NCBI GenBank assembly: GCA_976551045.1
Contig: CDPCPM010000049.1
Span: forward strand, 5,642,001 to 5,706,000
Source of the DNA: Glaucostegus cemiculus
Lineage: Eukaryota
DNA: 64,000 bases
Reading direction: 5' to 3'
The notes under the pieces are model-generated. The model was not told the origin of the DNA, made no database searches, and was given only the letters and a program-made list of their open reading frames with translations. Positions 1-12,050 of this stretch are shown here, piece after piece. The first letter of the stretch is position 1. Every line of letters begins with the position of its first letter. Both the position numbers and the translations under genes were made by a program.

Positions 1-150
1 ACCTATTTACTGTTTGTGTGACCTTGATAAGTGAAAATTGTTTGCTGCATTTGCCTCTGTAAAGAACAAGGTAAGAAGTGTATATTGGCTGTGAAATGCT
101 TGGGGACATCTCGAAGATCTGTAAGTTAGTTTATAATCTGTTCTTTAATT
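1..150 (+). mobile_element. 3' part of an old Deu-SINE-like (SacSINE-type) element
   Basis: attggctgtgaaatgcttggggacatc-type tail, similar to the copies at 33740 (+) and 56650 (-). Confidence 0.4.
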
Positions 151-2499
151 CTAGACTGAGCATGTGTAGATGTTCGAGAAGGGCAGGATAGAATGTGCTA
201 TAAATCTTGGCATGATTTCAACAGTCACTGTGCAGACTTGCACATGCAGAATTTCATGTGGTGCCAGAGGACTGTCAATATCCTTCAATAATTACCACTA
301 CACAGACTGCATCACCAGAGAAAAATAAAGAAATATAGTACAGTGGATGCCAAAGAGATACAAACAGTAATCAGACAGAGGAATCCAGATGATATCCTGT
401 TCCATAAGAATGAACCTTGAACAGATTAGAGTCAGGCTGATAAATCATTCCTTACTAGCTGCATTTTTTTTTATATCAGTAATTGATTCTACTTTGCTTA
501 ATACTGTGGACACATTCAGTTGTAGAACTGTTTGCTGCCAGCTGAGGCTATCACTGTGCTGCCAACTTTGAGGGACCATTCACTACGATATTCCTTTGAT
601 TAAGATACCACTACAGTAACTTAAACATGCAGTTCTCAGCATAAGATAGTCTTGTGTAAAAGTATGAAGCTTATTAAACTGGATGATGTGCATACTGTGG
701 AGGCAGAAGTGTTTGTTTGGCTTGATAATGATCTTATAATTAGACAAGTGTCACATGCTGAAAGCAGAAGGATTGCTGCACCGATAAATAGAACAGCAGG
801 GTTTTTTGATTGTACTCTTCAGTATACTGGGTATGGTTAACCGGTCTTCTGCTGGTATTGTGCTGCAGTTGCAGATTCAGCAACTTGCCTTTCTATAAAA
901 GGACACCAGCTTGAAGTTCTGTCAGTCTTAACTTGTCTGAATATCGATCATGAAAATACAAGCAGGTAAAATTTCAGAGTAAGCCAAAGGTGGGACCATT
1001 AATGCTTGGACAGAGAGGTAAAATTTAAGGAGCTTCGAAAAGGGGTGGAGAAGTAAGTAGACATCCAAAAAAATCCTACTGTAAGAATTAATGATTTTTG
1101 AACTCCTGCTGAAATCCTCCAGTTTAAAGTCTTTAATGCAATAATTCCTGTCAGGCCACGAGAAGGAACCTTTCAGCAGCACTGATTACTGCAGACGTGT
1201 CTGATGCAACACTATATTCAATTAGATGGAAGCTACATTTTGAAATTTGCAATAGGAAAATTTTTTCAATTTTTTTTATGACTTTTTATTCACCAGTTCT
1301 TTTTCCTGAGCATCACAACAATCTGTTTGGCAGGCAGGAATTATTCTGATCCCTGTTGCATTCAGTGGAAATATTTCTTCTGCTGATGAAAGGGTTTTAG
1401 ATCAAACTGTCAAATTGAACGATGAGGTAAATTCTTGAAATCTGAGAATGTCTCTCTGGTTCAGAGCTATTATTTGGCATGAACCTAAAATAAAAGAAAA
1501 TACACAAGTCCACATGTTGCAGCTGGCCATATGTAGCAGGGAAGGTAGAATTCAGCTAATTAATATGGCAGACTTAAACAGGCACCTCATCTGCCAGTGT
1601 AGTTAGTTGCCTGTTGGTGCTCAGCAGGAGCTGGTAGCACTTCTCATTCTTTGCTTCTAATGGTCTGCTGCCCACCTAATTTCGCCTTATTGTCAGTCGC
1701 TACTTACCACAGCTTGAGCTCCTCCCTGGAGGCTAAATTATTATCAAAGGATTAAGGAGATGTAGCCTTGTACCTCTGACATTTCTGCCTCCTTTTCTAT
1801 GTCAGAACAGTAATTAGCTGTGACTAATTAAGAGAAATGTTCCCACTATTGAAAACTATGCAGGGAGCCACGGAATAGCGAGGGAGTGCGAGGACTGGGC
1901 AGTAGCTGGATTTATTGCACTGAAATAGGGGAGAAAACTAGATCACCTTTCAATGCAACCATTGCAAAAGATTTCTGATATCAGGGTAGCTGTTGCATCA
2001 TTTCTGCTTGTTTGTGAAGAGCTCAAAGGAAGCTCCACGAGTGAAAACAAATGTTTTTCCTGTCACTTTCTGCTTGTCAAGTCTCTATTTAGCACCACAG
2101 TTGCATGAGCAATTTGTGTTTTGCTCTGTGTACTACACAAAATATTATCTGCTGATCAGCGTGGGCCCTGTTATTAAAAACTTCCTGCCAGTTTGTCACC
2201 ATCGTCATTTGGGGTTAAGTTCAATAAGGCCTGAAAACTGGGAGTTGGTTTCCAATGCACAGTTAACTTGCACCATTTAGTGGAATGCAAACAAGACACC
2301 AGCTTGGGAGTTTTCTAATTATAGGACTTTAGGGTCCATTCAGTGCTGACAATACTGTTCATTGGTTAGGAGATGTGAGGAGCTAACAGCAGTCAAAACT
2401 AGCCTACACTTCCAATTGCAAGCCTGCGCCACTTAGAGGTCCATTGTCGGAGGACGACATGGTGATGGGCTTTCGATAAGAGAGCTAATGTGTGTGGTC

Positions 2500-2905
2500 A
2501 AGATAATTGAACCCAGCAACCACACCAGTGGGGTCTCAACACCATCGCTGGCTGCCTTGGAGGTGGTTCAGGTGTAGATGAGACAGTCATCCACCTCCTT
2601 ACAGACTGTGTGTTTGCCGGGAAGGAGAGGGATGCAGTGGTCTTTGTCAAGATTGATCCCTAGCAGCTGCTAATACAGGACTCTGCTCTTTCGGCTGTTC
2701 CCAGCAAAACATTCTGAGGTAAACTTTGATTGCTGGATGCTTATCAACGTGATGAAAGACACACCTTGGTCTCCCTGAAACTTGTTAGTCTTTCTGTGCA
2801 TGGGGATATCTGCCAGCGACTGCTGCCCAATGGTATATTGCAGGAGTACATGCTGAGGGACACGTTGAAGCCCAGTACAGCCACCGCAAAGGCTATTTGG
2901 GCCCT
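2500..2905 (+). mobile_element. Tx1/L1-clade LINE ORF2 C-terminal fragment (decayed)
   Basis: Frameshifted translation includes DETVIHLLTDCVFA (zf-RVT-like), GLFPAKHSEVNFDCWMLIN and LQEYMLRDTLKPSTATAKAIW. Confidence 0.7.
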
Positions 2906-2960
2906 CCCATTATTGGACACTGAGGGGTTGGCCAGATGTTTCATCTGGACTGCTGAAGGG

Positions 2961-3085
2961 ATCAGATGAAGGGTCTCCACCCGAAATGTCGACTATTTCC
3001 CTCCACAGATGCTGTCTCACCGACTGAGTCCCTCCAGCATCTTGTTTGTTGCTCCAGATTCCAGCATCTGCAGTCTCCTGTCTAC
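2961..3085 (+). mobile_element. Solo Penelope-like terminal repeat with degenerate hammerhead core
   Basis: cagatgaagggtctccacccgaaatgtcgacta...cacagatgctg...ccagcatctgcag, homologous to the 3' end of the PLE at 63441-63530. Confidence 0.8.
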
Positions 3086-6000
3086 CCAACCTTCCACACT
3101 GCTCCCTGCACAATGACCTTCCCTTGCACTTTTTCATTTCAACGAAGCCAGGAGCTGCAACCTGACCAGAGAGTGGAGAAAGACCAGGAGCAAACTGAAG
3201 CACAGCCACTGCAGCAGAAGCTCAAACTTCTACCAATCAAGTTTAGAATACTGCTAACATATGTGGATTGCAGTAAGAAAAGCAGCTTTGGAGTCTTAGA
3301 GCAATGAGCAGATCAACACTATTGCATCCCTTGAAATACTGCTGCTATGCAGCATTATTTGCCTAACTCCTCAGTGTAAACATCAATGAAGCAGCCCAAT
3401 TTTGGTTGAGGGCTCACACTAAGTTAGTAATTCACACATACCCGAGGAAACTCGCCAAGTCACCCAGACTCACTTCCCTACGTCAACAGTCAGATTGAAA
3501 GTTGATCCCCAGTGTTTGGAGGATAAAACTTCTCAGACCATGTGAGGTTTATAAAGGAAGGCTAATTTCCTGTTTGGGGACACAGTGAGATTCATCCCTT
3601 GTAGGGGAGCATGAAGCAGAAACCATGAGCTCACCAACCTTAATGATAAGGCAGTCCAGCAATGGAAACTTGGAGTTGGCATTGGCTCCCTTGGTTATAC
3701 ATTCAATGGGTATTTTTAGATGAGGGCACTGGTTGCCAATCTTCTTTAGTTGTTAAGCAGAGTATACCTTTCATCTTGCCCTATAATGGTTTAGCACCAG
3801 CAAAATTAATATTCTGTGACCATATTTCTGTGTTGGTGTCATCTGGAAAGTCCTAAGCAAGCACAAACTATTTATGTGCATAATTCTGAGAAAGTGGTCA
3901 TATAACTGGCTTGGTAGGTGATTGCATATCCAACAGCTCCATCAAGCACAACCTGTTTATTTTGCAGTCTCTGCCTGTTACAGCAGGAGAAATCTCAACT
4001 CACCATCCACTCAACTCCGCTCCGCCAGCCACTCAGACTTACCAAAGCCACTGCATTGAATAGCAATGATCAGAAGCAAAAAGACTGCTGGGCCTCTGTG
4101 CTCCCAACGTTTCACAATAAGAGTAATTTAAGTATATTATAATGGTCTCAATGAATTTCAGCTGTAATTAATTTGTTGTTAAGTGACAGTTGACAATAGT
4201 GCATTGAGAGGCCCTCAAAAAGGACAGAGAGATAGTCCAGATTAAAATGGATGCCATTGTTTATGAAATAGGTTAGAGAGAAGACACCTAAAAGATAAAT
4301 TCCTGATGACTAAAGTTTTAATTTCAGTGCTGGCTCAGTTATGTTTCTGTTTAGTTAAGTGTAGCTTGTAGCAAAGATGTTGCTAAATCCCTGTTTCAGG
4401 TGCCATGCATAGCAGCCCCTGTAATCCTTGTTGGGGAATCACCGAGTCTGGGTCTGACAAAGAGCTTATGCCTGCTATTGTGTAACTCGCGGGCTGCTAG
4501 TGAAACCTCTGCAGCTGCAAGGGACCCGGCTTGGCTTAGCTGTTGTATTTAGGCAAGTAGAGTCTGCTGGCTTTGTCACTCTTCATCAACGATAGCGGGG
4601 AAAATCTTTTGGTGCCTGTAGCGATACTGAACACAGTTGGGGATCAGAGCCAGGCATTCATGCCACACCTCTTTCCTTTGAAATAACTGATTAATTCAAG
4701 TCTAAAGGTCTGCAGCCTTGAAGGGGAGAAGCAGGGATGGTTTGGGGGTGTGAAGGAGATAAAGAAAGATGAAGTAATAGTCCTTCTGGCCCTGTTAATG
4801 CAATTTCCCTACTTACTGAGTGCCATCAGCTCAGAGAATGTTGTGGCCCTGTTCTCCTTTATATTAAAAATGGCAACATTTTAGCAGACATTGTTGAAAC
4901 CACATTCTGAGTCATCCTTCCAGCCTCAGTTCTAAACTGCCACTAAAAAACTTTGATCATACCAGGTTGGAAAATGCATCTTAAATGGTTAGATTAGACT
5001 GATGTTCTGTTTTCTGCGCTCCTGTTGATTTGTTGGACCTTTCTGGGCTGGAAAGCGAGTGGAGGTTTGATGAGGAAATGGGCTGCTAATATGGCTTGCT
5101 AGCCTAGAGTCATGCACAAATGGTGTGAAGAAATACAGAGGTCATGCCTTGTCAAACACAGCAACTCTTCCTTGTTTTCTATGATTCAGGAGAGATGTTG
5201 CAAAAAAATGAAGTGGATAGTACATGCCCTTACAAATGATGAGTGAGAAATCAGTAGGATAATAAGTTTTTAATCATGGACAGCATTAGATGTAACGTAT
5301 CCCAGTTTACATCTGAGTGCACCCTTCATGCTTTATTATTCTGTTGTGAGAATGATAGTATTTCATTCATTTATAACTTTGCATTTTTGATTTTGAATCT
5401 TTATTTTGTAGGGATTACTAACAATGGACTGGGAGCTTGATATAGAGATATCAGTCCTTTAATGCTTGCTAATTAAGATTGTAGAAATATGAACTGATTT
5501 CTGCACTGTAAACATTACTCCATTTGCATGGTTAATGTAACTGAGATGAGAAAGTATGTAAGTTAAGTGCATGATGTATCTGTCGTAGAGGATGAGGCCT
5601 CAAGAATAGTACAAGGTCACACTGTGTTCAAGGTTCAATTCCTCCCAGCAGCATTCTATCACTTCCTGAGACAACCCGTGAGATTTCTACATGTTATGGT
5701 TTGGAAAAAGTGATATTATTTTGGCTGGGAACCTGGTGATACTGAAGTTTAATAAAGAAAAACATTTTAGTGTGCAGCTTTTACCTCTAATGCTACTCCT
5801 AATTTCCAAATTACCTTTGTTTCTACATTGTTTTCTAATTTTACATGTGGCTGAAAGACCTGTAAAATTGGTAGATTCCTTGGTCAGATCAGATGTAACT
5901 AGTCATGTGTGATATGGTGTGGTGCCTCTACTGAAGTTGTCTTGGAAAGCACCAGAATATTTTTTCTAATGCAGTTGTAACATATTGTGCAGGATTGAAG

Positions 6001-6558
6001 TTTGATTTTAAAGTTCCATTTTACCTGTCCATTAATTAATTCAAATGAAAATTGTTTAGCGTTCATAGTAACAGTGAGTTTTTGTTGCCTCATTAAGTTT
6101 ATCTGTTGAAGCCAAACAGATCTGGCCAAACATGTCTTCCATGTTGGTCGTGTTGGATTTGGTCTTTTGATGAGTTGGGTTAACCCATCAGCATTTTAAA
6201 AATAAAATGAATTGTCAGATCTGGATGTGTTTATATATTTTTAATGAAGTATATACAGTAATTTTCTTTTTTTTTTAGCTGACTTACCATCAAATAAGTC
6301 TGCTAATCTGTCATTGAACTTCTATTTTAGAAGTTGGTATGATAATTGAGTTGATGACAGATTCTAGATTTGTTGACAGATAATTTTCTATCTGCTGTAA
6401 AGGAGGAAGTACATAGTATGTGAAGACCCAACTATTTGGTATCCAACGGGACCATAACTTGTATAAGGTTATATTAGCATCCCAATGAAAAGGAAATGGG
6501 CTTTCTCATCCATAATGTTTGTTTTTATTGCTTTAGAAATGTATTTTTCTTTCCCCAG

Positions 6559-6663
6559 CAATGGTACAGCACCTCAATGAAAGTCATCTGTGTCTGGCTC
6601 ACAGACCGAATGGACCTACAGCTCCATCTCTACCAGCTGAAGACACTCATCAAAATAGTGAAG
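6559..6663 (+). CDS. CADPS2: CADPS2 (CAPS2) penultimate coding exon, 105 nt, phase 0-0
   Basis: Acceptor tttttctttccccAG, donor AAG|GTATAG. Translates [35 protein letters not shown], matching the CAPS C-terminal region. MKVICVW and IKIVK favour CADPS2 over CADPS. The ORF track reads this exon in the wrong frame. Confidence 0.95.
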
Positions 6664-6789
6664 GTATAGCAGCTTCTTATCTATTTCTCATTAAGTCACT
6701 TGGCACCATTAAAATGATTTGGTATGATAAAGGCGACCTTGAAATCCAAACCAACTGATTAACATCATGGTTTGTACCTTTACGAGGCT

Positions 6790-7100
6790 TCACAGGTGGA
6801 TGCAGGTATGAAGTTTCCCCTAGTTGTTGTGAATAGAAACAGAGGTCACAGTCTCAAAATAAAGGGTCAGCCTTTCCCTATGAATTTTAGAACTTCTTTC
6901 CCGAGATGTTGTGTTGGCTCAGTCACTGAGCATATTCAAGCCAGAGATCAATAGATGTTCTGGATATTAAGGGAATCAAGTTTTATGGGATTAATACAGA
7001 AACATGTTGCTGAGGTAAAAGATTGGCCATGATCTCATTGAATGGTCTAGCAGGCACAAGGGCCTGAATGACCTCCTCCCTTTTCTATTTCTTATGATCT
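6790..7100 (+). mobile_element. CR1 LINE 3' fragment
   Basis: RNRGHSLKIKGQPF-like remnant followed by a CR1 3' UTR ending gggcctgaatgacctcctcc. Confidence 0.75.
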
Positions 7101-8540
7101 TGTTCTCTGTTGATCTAATAATGGTGCTGTAACTTTCCAATGTCAGTTGAACTTGTTCAATAGTGCCATTGCAACTTACGTTGAATGTAAAATCATGTGG
7201 CAAACTTACACAAAATATACACTATATCAATGGGAGAAATAGCCATAAGCATCCATTTTGTTTGTGAAGAGGGGCAATGGTTACTTTCATCACAGCAACA
7301 TTACATGCAGTAATGTATTTCAACAAACTTGACAAGGTCATATTGCATGCTTTCAAACGGAGAAAAGATTTGCCTAACAATTGTTTTTAAAAGGAAGGTA
7401 ATGGCAATTTAAAAAGAGAATGTAAAGAATCAGCAATAAGATCACTGAAGTCACAATCAGGTCTACATTTGCTTACAGTAATATCTGTGCTACATAGACT
7501 GCACCATGTTTTCATGATTAAATTACAGTTCTATGGTCTTGCAGAGGTACAGTCATTTAATTGCATATAAGAATTTCAAATTGAGGGCATTGAAACATCT
7601 GTGGGGAAATAGGTGAGTCATTTCTATTGGCAACTCAGTTCATTGGAAGATTTTAATACTATTATAGTTGACTGATAAATGAAAAATATATACCAAAATG
7701 CCAAGGGTTATGCAACCCTTCCACAGTACATGAGCATCTGTGATCTACTAAATTCACTGGATGGAAAACATACTTCAGAGAAAGTTTGACCCAGTAAATA
7801 AATCCATAATGTCCCCTGTGTTACTAGTTATACCTGCAAGAGGTACTGTCAGTGAAGTTTTCTGGAAGAGTCTGGAAGGCACAATTTGTCAATCATAGAT
7901 ATGCCCAGGCATGTACAGCAATCCTATTTATTTTGAAGGTTTGTGATTACTAAACTAAGAACACTCATCTTGGGCAATTTGTACAGCCTTAATATACAAA
8001 AATACTTTCCCCCTATGGAAACCTGGTCTATTTTTCGATACCCTTCCACCTTCTTTTTTCATATCCAACCCAGAATGTGTTGCAATTAATAATTGATGTT
8101 AAGTTATTTTCCAATAAACATTCAGCCTTATTTTGCCCCCTTCACATGGCTCTTCTTGTTTGGAAAAATGTACTTTTTCCAGTCTTTGGACCATGGCATG
8201 TAACCTCTCCAACCACAGGAACAACTAGTCACTCTCACCAGAAATCAATACCACTGAGGTGAGGACCCCTGTAACATCCCATGCACCCAATGTGCACTGC
8301 CACCATGAGGATCCATGTGTTAACAGAAAGGTGCAACTCCTAATCTGATTGCAATAAACCAGCTAACCTGATTATTGATCAGAACAATCAAGAGATACGC
8401 TTGCAGAATCAGTGCAAAACATAGATATGAGAGCTCGACAGTGGAAGATAGAGCAGCCTCTCTGGTACTGAAGCAACCCTACATGAACCAAACTATATAC
8501 TCGTCTTCTCTTTCACTCCAGGCACTCCAAGGGACCTGGC

Positions 8541-8780
8541 CATATATATCTATATCTATATCTATATCTGTCTATCTATCTATCTCTCCCTCTCCCTCTA
8601 CCTCCCACCCGTCTCTCATCTCTCCTCCAGTTTTTCCTTTATTTTCCATGCTACTCCTCTTTTCTCCATGAGATGCCTTGCAACCTCTCTTCTTCATGCC
8701 CATTTCCCCTTTATTTCATCCTCTTCCACTCCCTATCAGGTGACTCCCTGACCCTACCTCCTCTCCTGTCCCAAGCTAAG
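8541..8780. repeat. (TATATC)n microsatellite grading into a pyrimidine-rich tract
   Basis: tatatctatatctatatctatatctg... followed by CT-rich low-complexity sequence. Confidence 0.8.
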
Positions 8781-9554
8781 CACTGAACTTGGACTGGACT
8801 CACCTTGTGCAATGCCACAGGCAAGTAACAAAAATATTTGATAAGAATATTCACTGGTTGACTTTTGAAAGCTCCATTTTGCCCTGTCAGTTTAAATGGG
8901 GCAAATGTATCTGGAAATGGCAGGGATGTTTTTGATAATAAATACACAGGAATTATTGATACACAAGCCACACTTTTTAAACACAGGTACCACCATCTTG
9001 GAGACAGCACTTACATGTGATGTCATTATATCCAACTATATATTCTCATCTTCATTAAATGAAATGGATTTAAGCTGCAAAGCTGCCCCAAATTGGTATG
9101 CATGCTGAATATTTTAAGTGACCTGAAAATAAGAACAGTGCAGAAGTCTGTAGGAAAAGGATCACAGTGACATGTTGAATGTTTCCAACATTTTCTGTTT
9201 TAGTACTAACTGTACTGTCTGGAAGCTCATTTAATTCACTGCATGTTTCCTATACCAAAGAACTTGTGGTGGATACCTGCAAGGCTATTGTTTTTGATCA
9301 GCTCAATTAATGGGCCTTTAACAATCTGATTATTTTCTTTCCTGGAATCCAGTTCTTTGTTCAGAATGTGTCTCTGCAGATGCATCTTCTGCACATGGCA
9401 GCAGATCAGGCATCATTAAGATAAATGCCAGGTTCCTAGACATTAAAGTCCAATTTGGATTGCCTACACCTGGATTCTGTTTTGCTCTCACCTTGATCAA
9501 ACCACTCCATGTCTCTGAAAAGCACACAGAACAGATGCCAGGAAATGTTAATAA

Positions 9555-9702
9555 CTTCACACTTGGAAAGCACTTGGACAGGTACATGGATAGGAAAGGT
9601 TCAGAGTGATATGGGGCCAAATGGGACCAGTTTAGATGGGAATCTTGGTCGGCATGGACCAGTTGGGCTGAAGGACCTCTTTCCGTGCTCTGTGACTCTG
9701 TG
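9555..9702 (+). mobile_element. CR1 LINE 3' end
   Basis: cacttggacaggtacatggatagg...ggcatggaccagttgggctgaagg...gtgactctgtg; same family as the minus-strand copy starting near 58190. Confidence 0.8.
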
Positions 9703-9884
9703 TCAGCCCCTGGAGTGAGTGTCATTAGGTCATTCATAAACCATCATAGCTCAGCTTGGGATCAATACCCTTTCATGTTTATCTTGCACTAAGGACGCCT
9801 GCACGGTAGTTAAAGGCAGGAACATACATTTATTGTTTGCAGCACCACCATCCTGTTTCACTGAGATGATCGGAACCGCCAACC

Positions 9885-9965
9885 TGGGATGAGGCGTGTG
9901 TGGTTGATGGTCGGCATGAACTCAGGAGGCCGAAGGGCCTGTTTCCCTGCTGTATCTCTCTTTGT
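9885..9965 (+). mobile_element. SINE/CR1-type 3' tail fragment
   Basis: ggttgatggtcggcatgaactcaggaggccgaagggcctgtttccctgctgtatctc. Confidence 0.65.
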
Positions 9966-10274
9966 GATAACTTCCCACACAACCCATTGCTTTTGCCTAC
10001 TGTCTGATGTGCAAATTGACTTATTTGTGTTGATGTTGAGCTGCTTTGCGAAAGAGGGCCCCCATTCTTGCTGCCCAGGGCCATCTGTGGGACGGCAGCA
10101 GTGAGTTCACATCGAGTGCTGACAGGATTAGGCTCAGATGCGACGGCCTCAACTGTGCAAAATCCTACTGACTCCGCTGCTTCCCTGTCAGTTGGGCAGG
10201 GTAAAGCGACCTGTGGTCTCCATTTATAGGGGTCCTTCATGACTAGGGATAGGCGCTCTGGAGTCAATGAGTCG

Positions 10275-10475
10275 CGGTTCTATAATAGAGGAAACACAAG
10301 TAACCAATGTGTGCACAGTACAGGGTGATACTGGTTGAAGGGTGAATATTGATCAGGATGCCTAATAGGACTCTCCTCTTCCAGTTAGTGCTCTGGGATT
10401 TTAAATCCGTTTTCATGGGGCAATTTTAATTAACACCCGAAAGCAAGCGCATCCTACCATGCAACTCTCTCTCTC
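10275..10475 (-). mobile_element. Old Deu-SINE-like fragment
   Basis: ggttgaagggtgaatattgatcaggatgcc...ctcttccagttagtgctctgggattt resembles 56820-56880 in the same orientation. Confidence 0.45.
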
Positions 10476-10707
10476 TTTCTCTCAACCTGCCTGGGTTTCG
10501 TAAAAAAAATCGAATTCACTTTCAAAATACTCGTAGTACCCAGCAGATATGTAATGTGATCTTGACAATATTTGCTTAGCGCAGTCTAGTCCAAACTAGG
10601 GTTCACTGTTTTCAAATCTATAATGTTATCCTTGCAAGTCCGGTAACTGTAAATTCTGAAACATAAAATCCCAACGTGTCATCTAAAAATATCTTTCCTT
10701 GCTTTAG

Positions 10708-10887
10708 AAATCGTACAGAGACTTTAGACTGCAGGGAGTCCTGGAGGGGACACTGAACTGTAAAACGTATGAAACCGTTCACACGCGGCTGACGGTGGAA
10801 GAAGCCACGGCCTCGGTGTCGGAGAGCGGAGGGCTCCAAGGCATCACCATGAAAGACAGCGACGAAGAGACTGAGGATGTAAAATAA
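10708..10887 (+). CDS. CADPS2: CADPS2 terminal coding exon
   Basis: Acceptor ctttccttgctttAG. Translates [59 protein letters not shown]-stop (TAA 10885-10887). Joins the 6559-6663 exon in frame. VLEGTLN and [10 protein letters not shown] are CADPS2-like, and synteny with FEZF1 agrees. Confidence 0.95.
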   Translation, partial: KSYRDFRLQGVLEGTLNCKTYETVHTRLTVEEATASVSESGGLQGITMKDSDEETEDVK

Positions 10888-12050
10888 GAGGGTGAAAAGA
10901 AGCCTCGTTATTTTCCAGCCATTGTTTGTACCATTTCTTCAGAGGTGATCAACATCATTCAAGTGTAATGAAGTCGTCCAACTTTAGAACATAGCCGTAG
11001 AGCGGGGGAGGAGTGGGGAGGAAAGGAGAGGCACAGTTGTGTTTGAACTCGGTGCTAAACAGTGCCCTGTCTGTCCCTCTGCTCCCGCACCAGGCAACAG
11101 CAGCACCTTGTGAATCTCTCTCAAGCATCATAAGGAACTGTTCAGTCCTGAGAGGGGGAGCAAAGGAAGTTGGGATCTGACTTTTCCAGGCAAGTAAAAC
11201 AACAATGGTGTCAGCGGTCCCTAATGTTAGGAAAATATCCCCACAGCCCAGGTATCAGGAAAACGTGGCATACGAACCGTGTACCCATTCTCGGCGAAGA
11301 AACTACCATCAAACACTGCGGTCTCAGTCCTTTGGAAGTGAAGTGTGCGGGGCTATATGTTATCTATGCTGTTGTGGTCTTAATTGGTAAGATAAAGCGG
11401 CTTGGTAGAATAAAACAGCCGTGTCATATTGAGATGTCTTTCATGCCTCATGTTCTGGGCATCCTTGTACATATAGTAATGCCTGTAGAATTCCTGTTCA
11501 ATAATACGTGCGAGCATCTGTGTGTTTCGAGATGCCTCTTTCCGCCTTCCCCCATTCCGCTAGCCTGGCTGCGCCGTACTTCCCGAGTTATCGCAGGTCT
11601 GCTAAGCATCCCAAAGGATCTGCACCCGCCCGCGGGAGGGTGATAAAATGCCCAGAATGATGGAGTGTTTAATTTGAATGAGCATTGCCAGGATGGGTGA
11701 AAGTTTTCCCAACATGTTAGCAAGTCACGAATGTTTGCAACATTCCGAAACACTGAACGATGGCAAAAATATATCTTCAATATTCGTTTATATTGAGGCT
11801 TTAATTGTAATAAACTCGTCTGTATTTCCAATTTATATTTATTTGGCTGTCTTGCTTCTGCTGTGAGTTTGTGGGTTTGGGGTTAAAGTGTAATTTTATC
11901 TTTTTTTCTCTCACACATAAATTACACTTTAAACAAAATCTTAAAAAAACGTAGTGTCTTTGGGTGTCTACAGACACAGGAAGAATCCACCATTTACAAC
12001 AGCACGATGAGATGATTTGATTTTTATTTGGCACGATAGAGAATAAAGGG
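10888..12050 (+). other. CADPS2: CADPS2 3' UTR with candidate polyadenylation signals
   Basis: Follows the stop codon. AATAAA at 11409, 11809 and 12042; U/GU-rich sequence follows the 11809 signal. The true 3' end cannot be fixed from sequence alone. Confidence 0.55.

Noticed and set aside
1380-1420. ctgatgaaagggttttagatcaaactgtc as another hammerhead
   Set aside because: Lacks GAAA and convincing stems; at most a very decayed repeat fragment.
1-6500. Further upstream CADPS2 exons or nested RNF133/RNF148-like genes
   Set aside because: No matching translation was found by eye; the preceding exon presumably lies outside the window.
11170-11831. 157-aa (+) and 127-aa (-) ORFs in the CADPS2 3' UTR
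   Set aside because: The + ORF has a non-ATG start, and neither has recognisable motifs. Only the overlapping 61-aa ORF has supporting signals.
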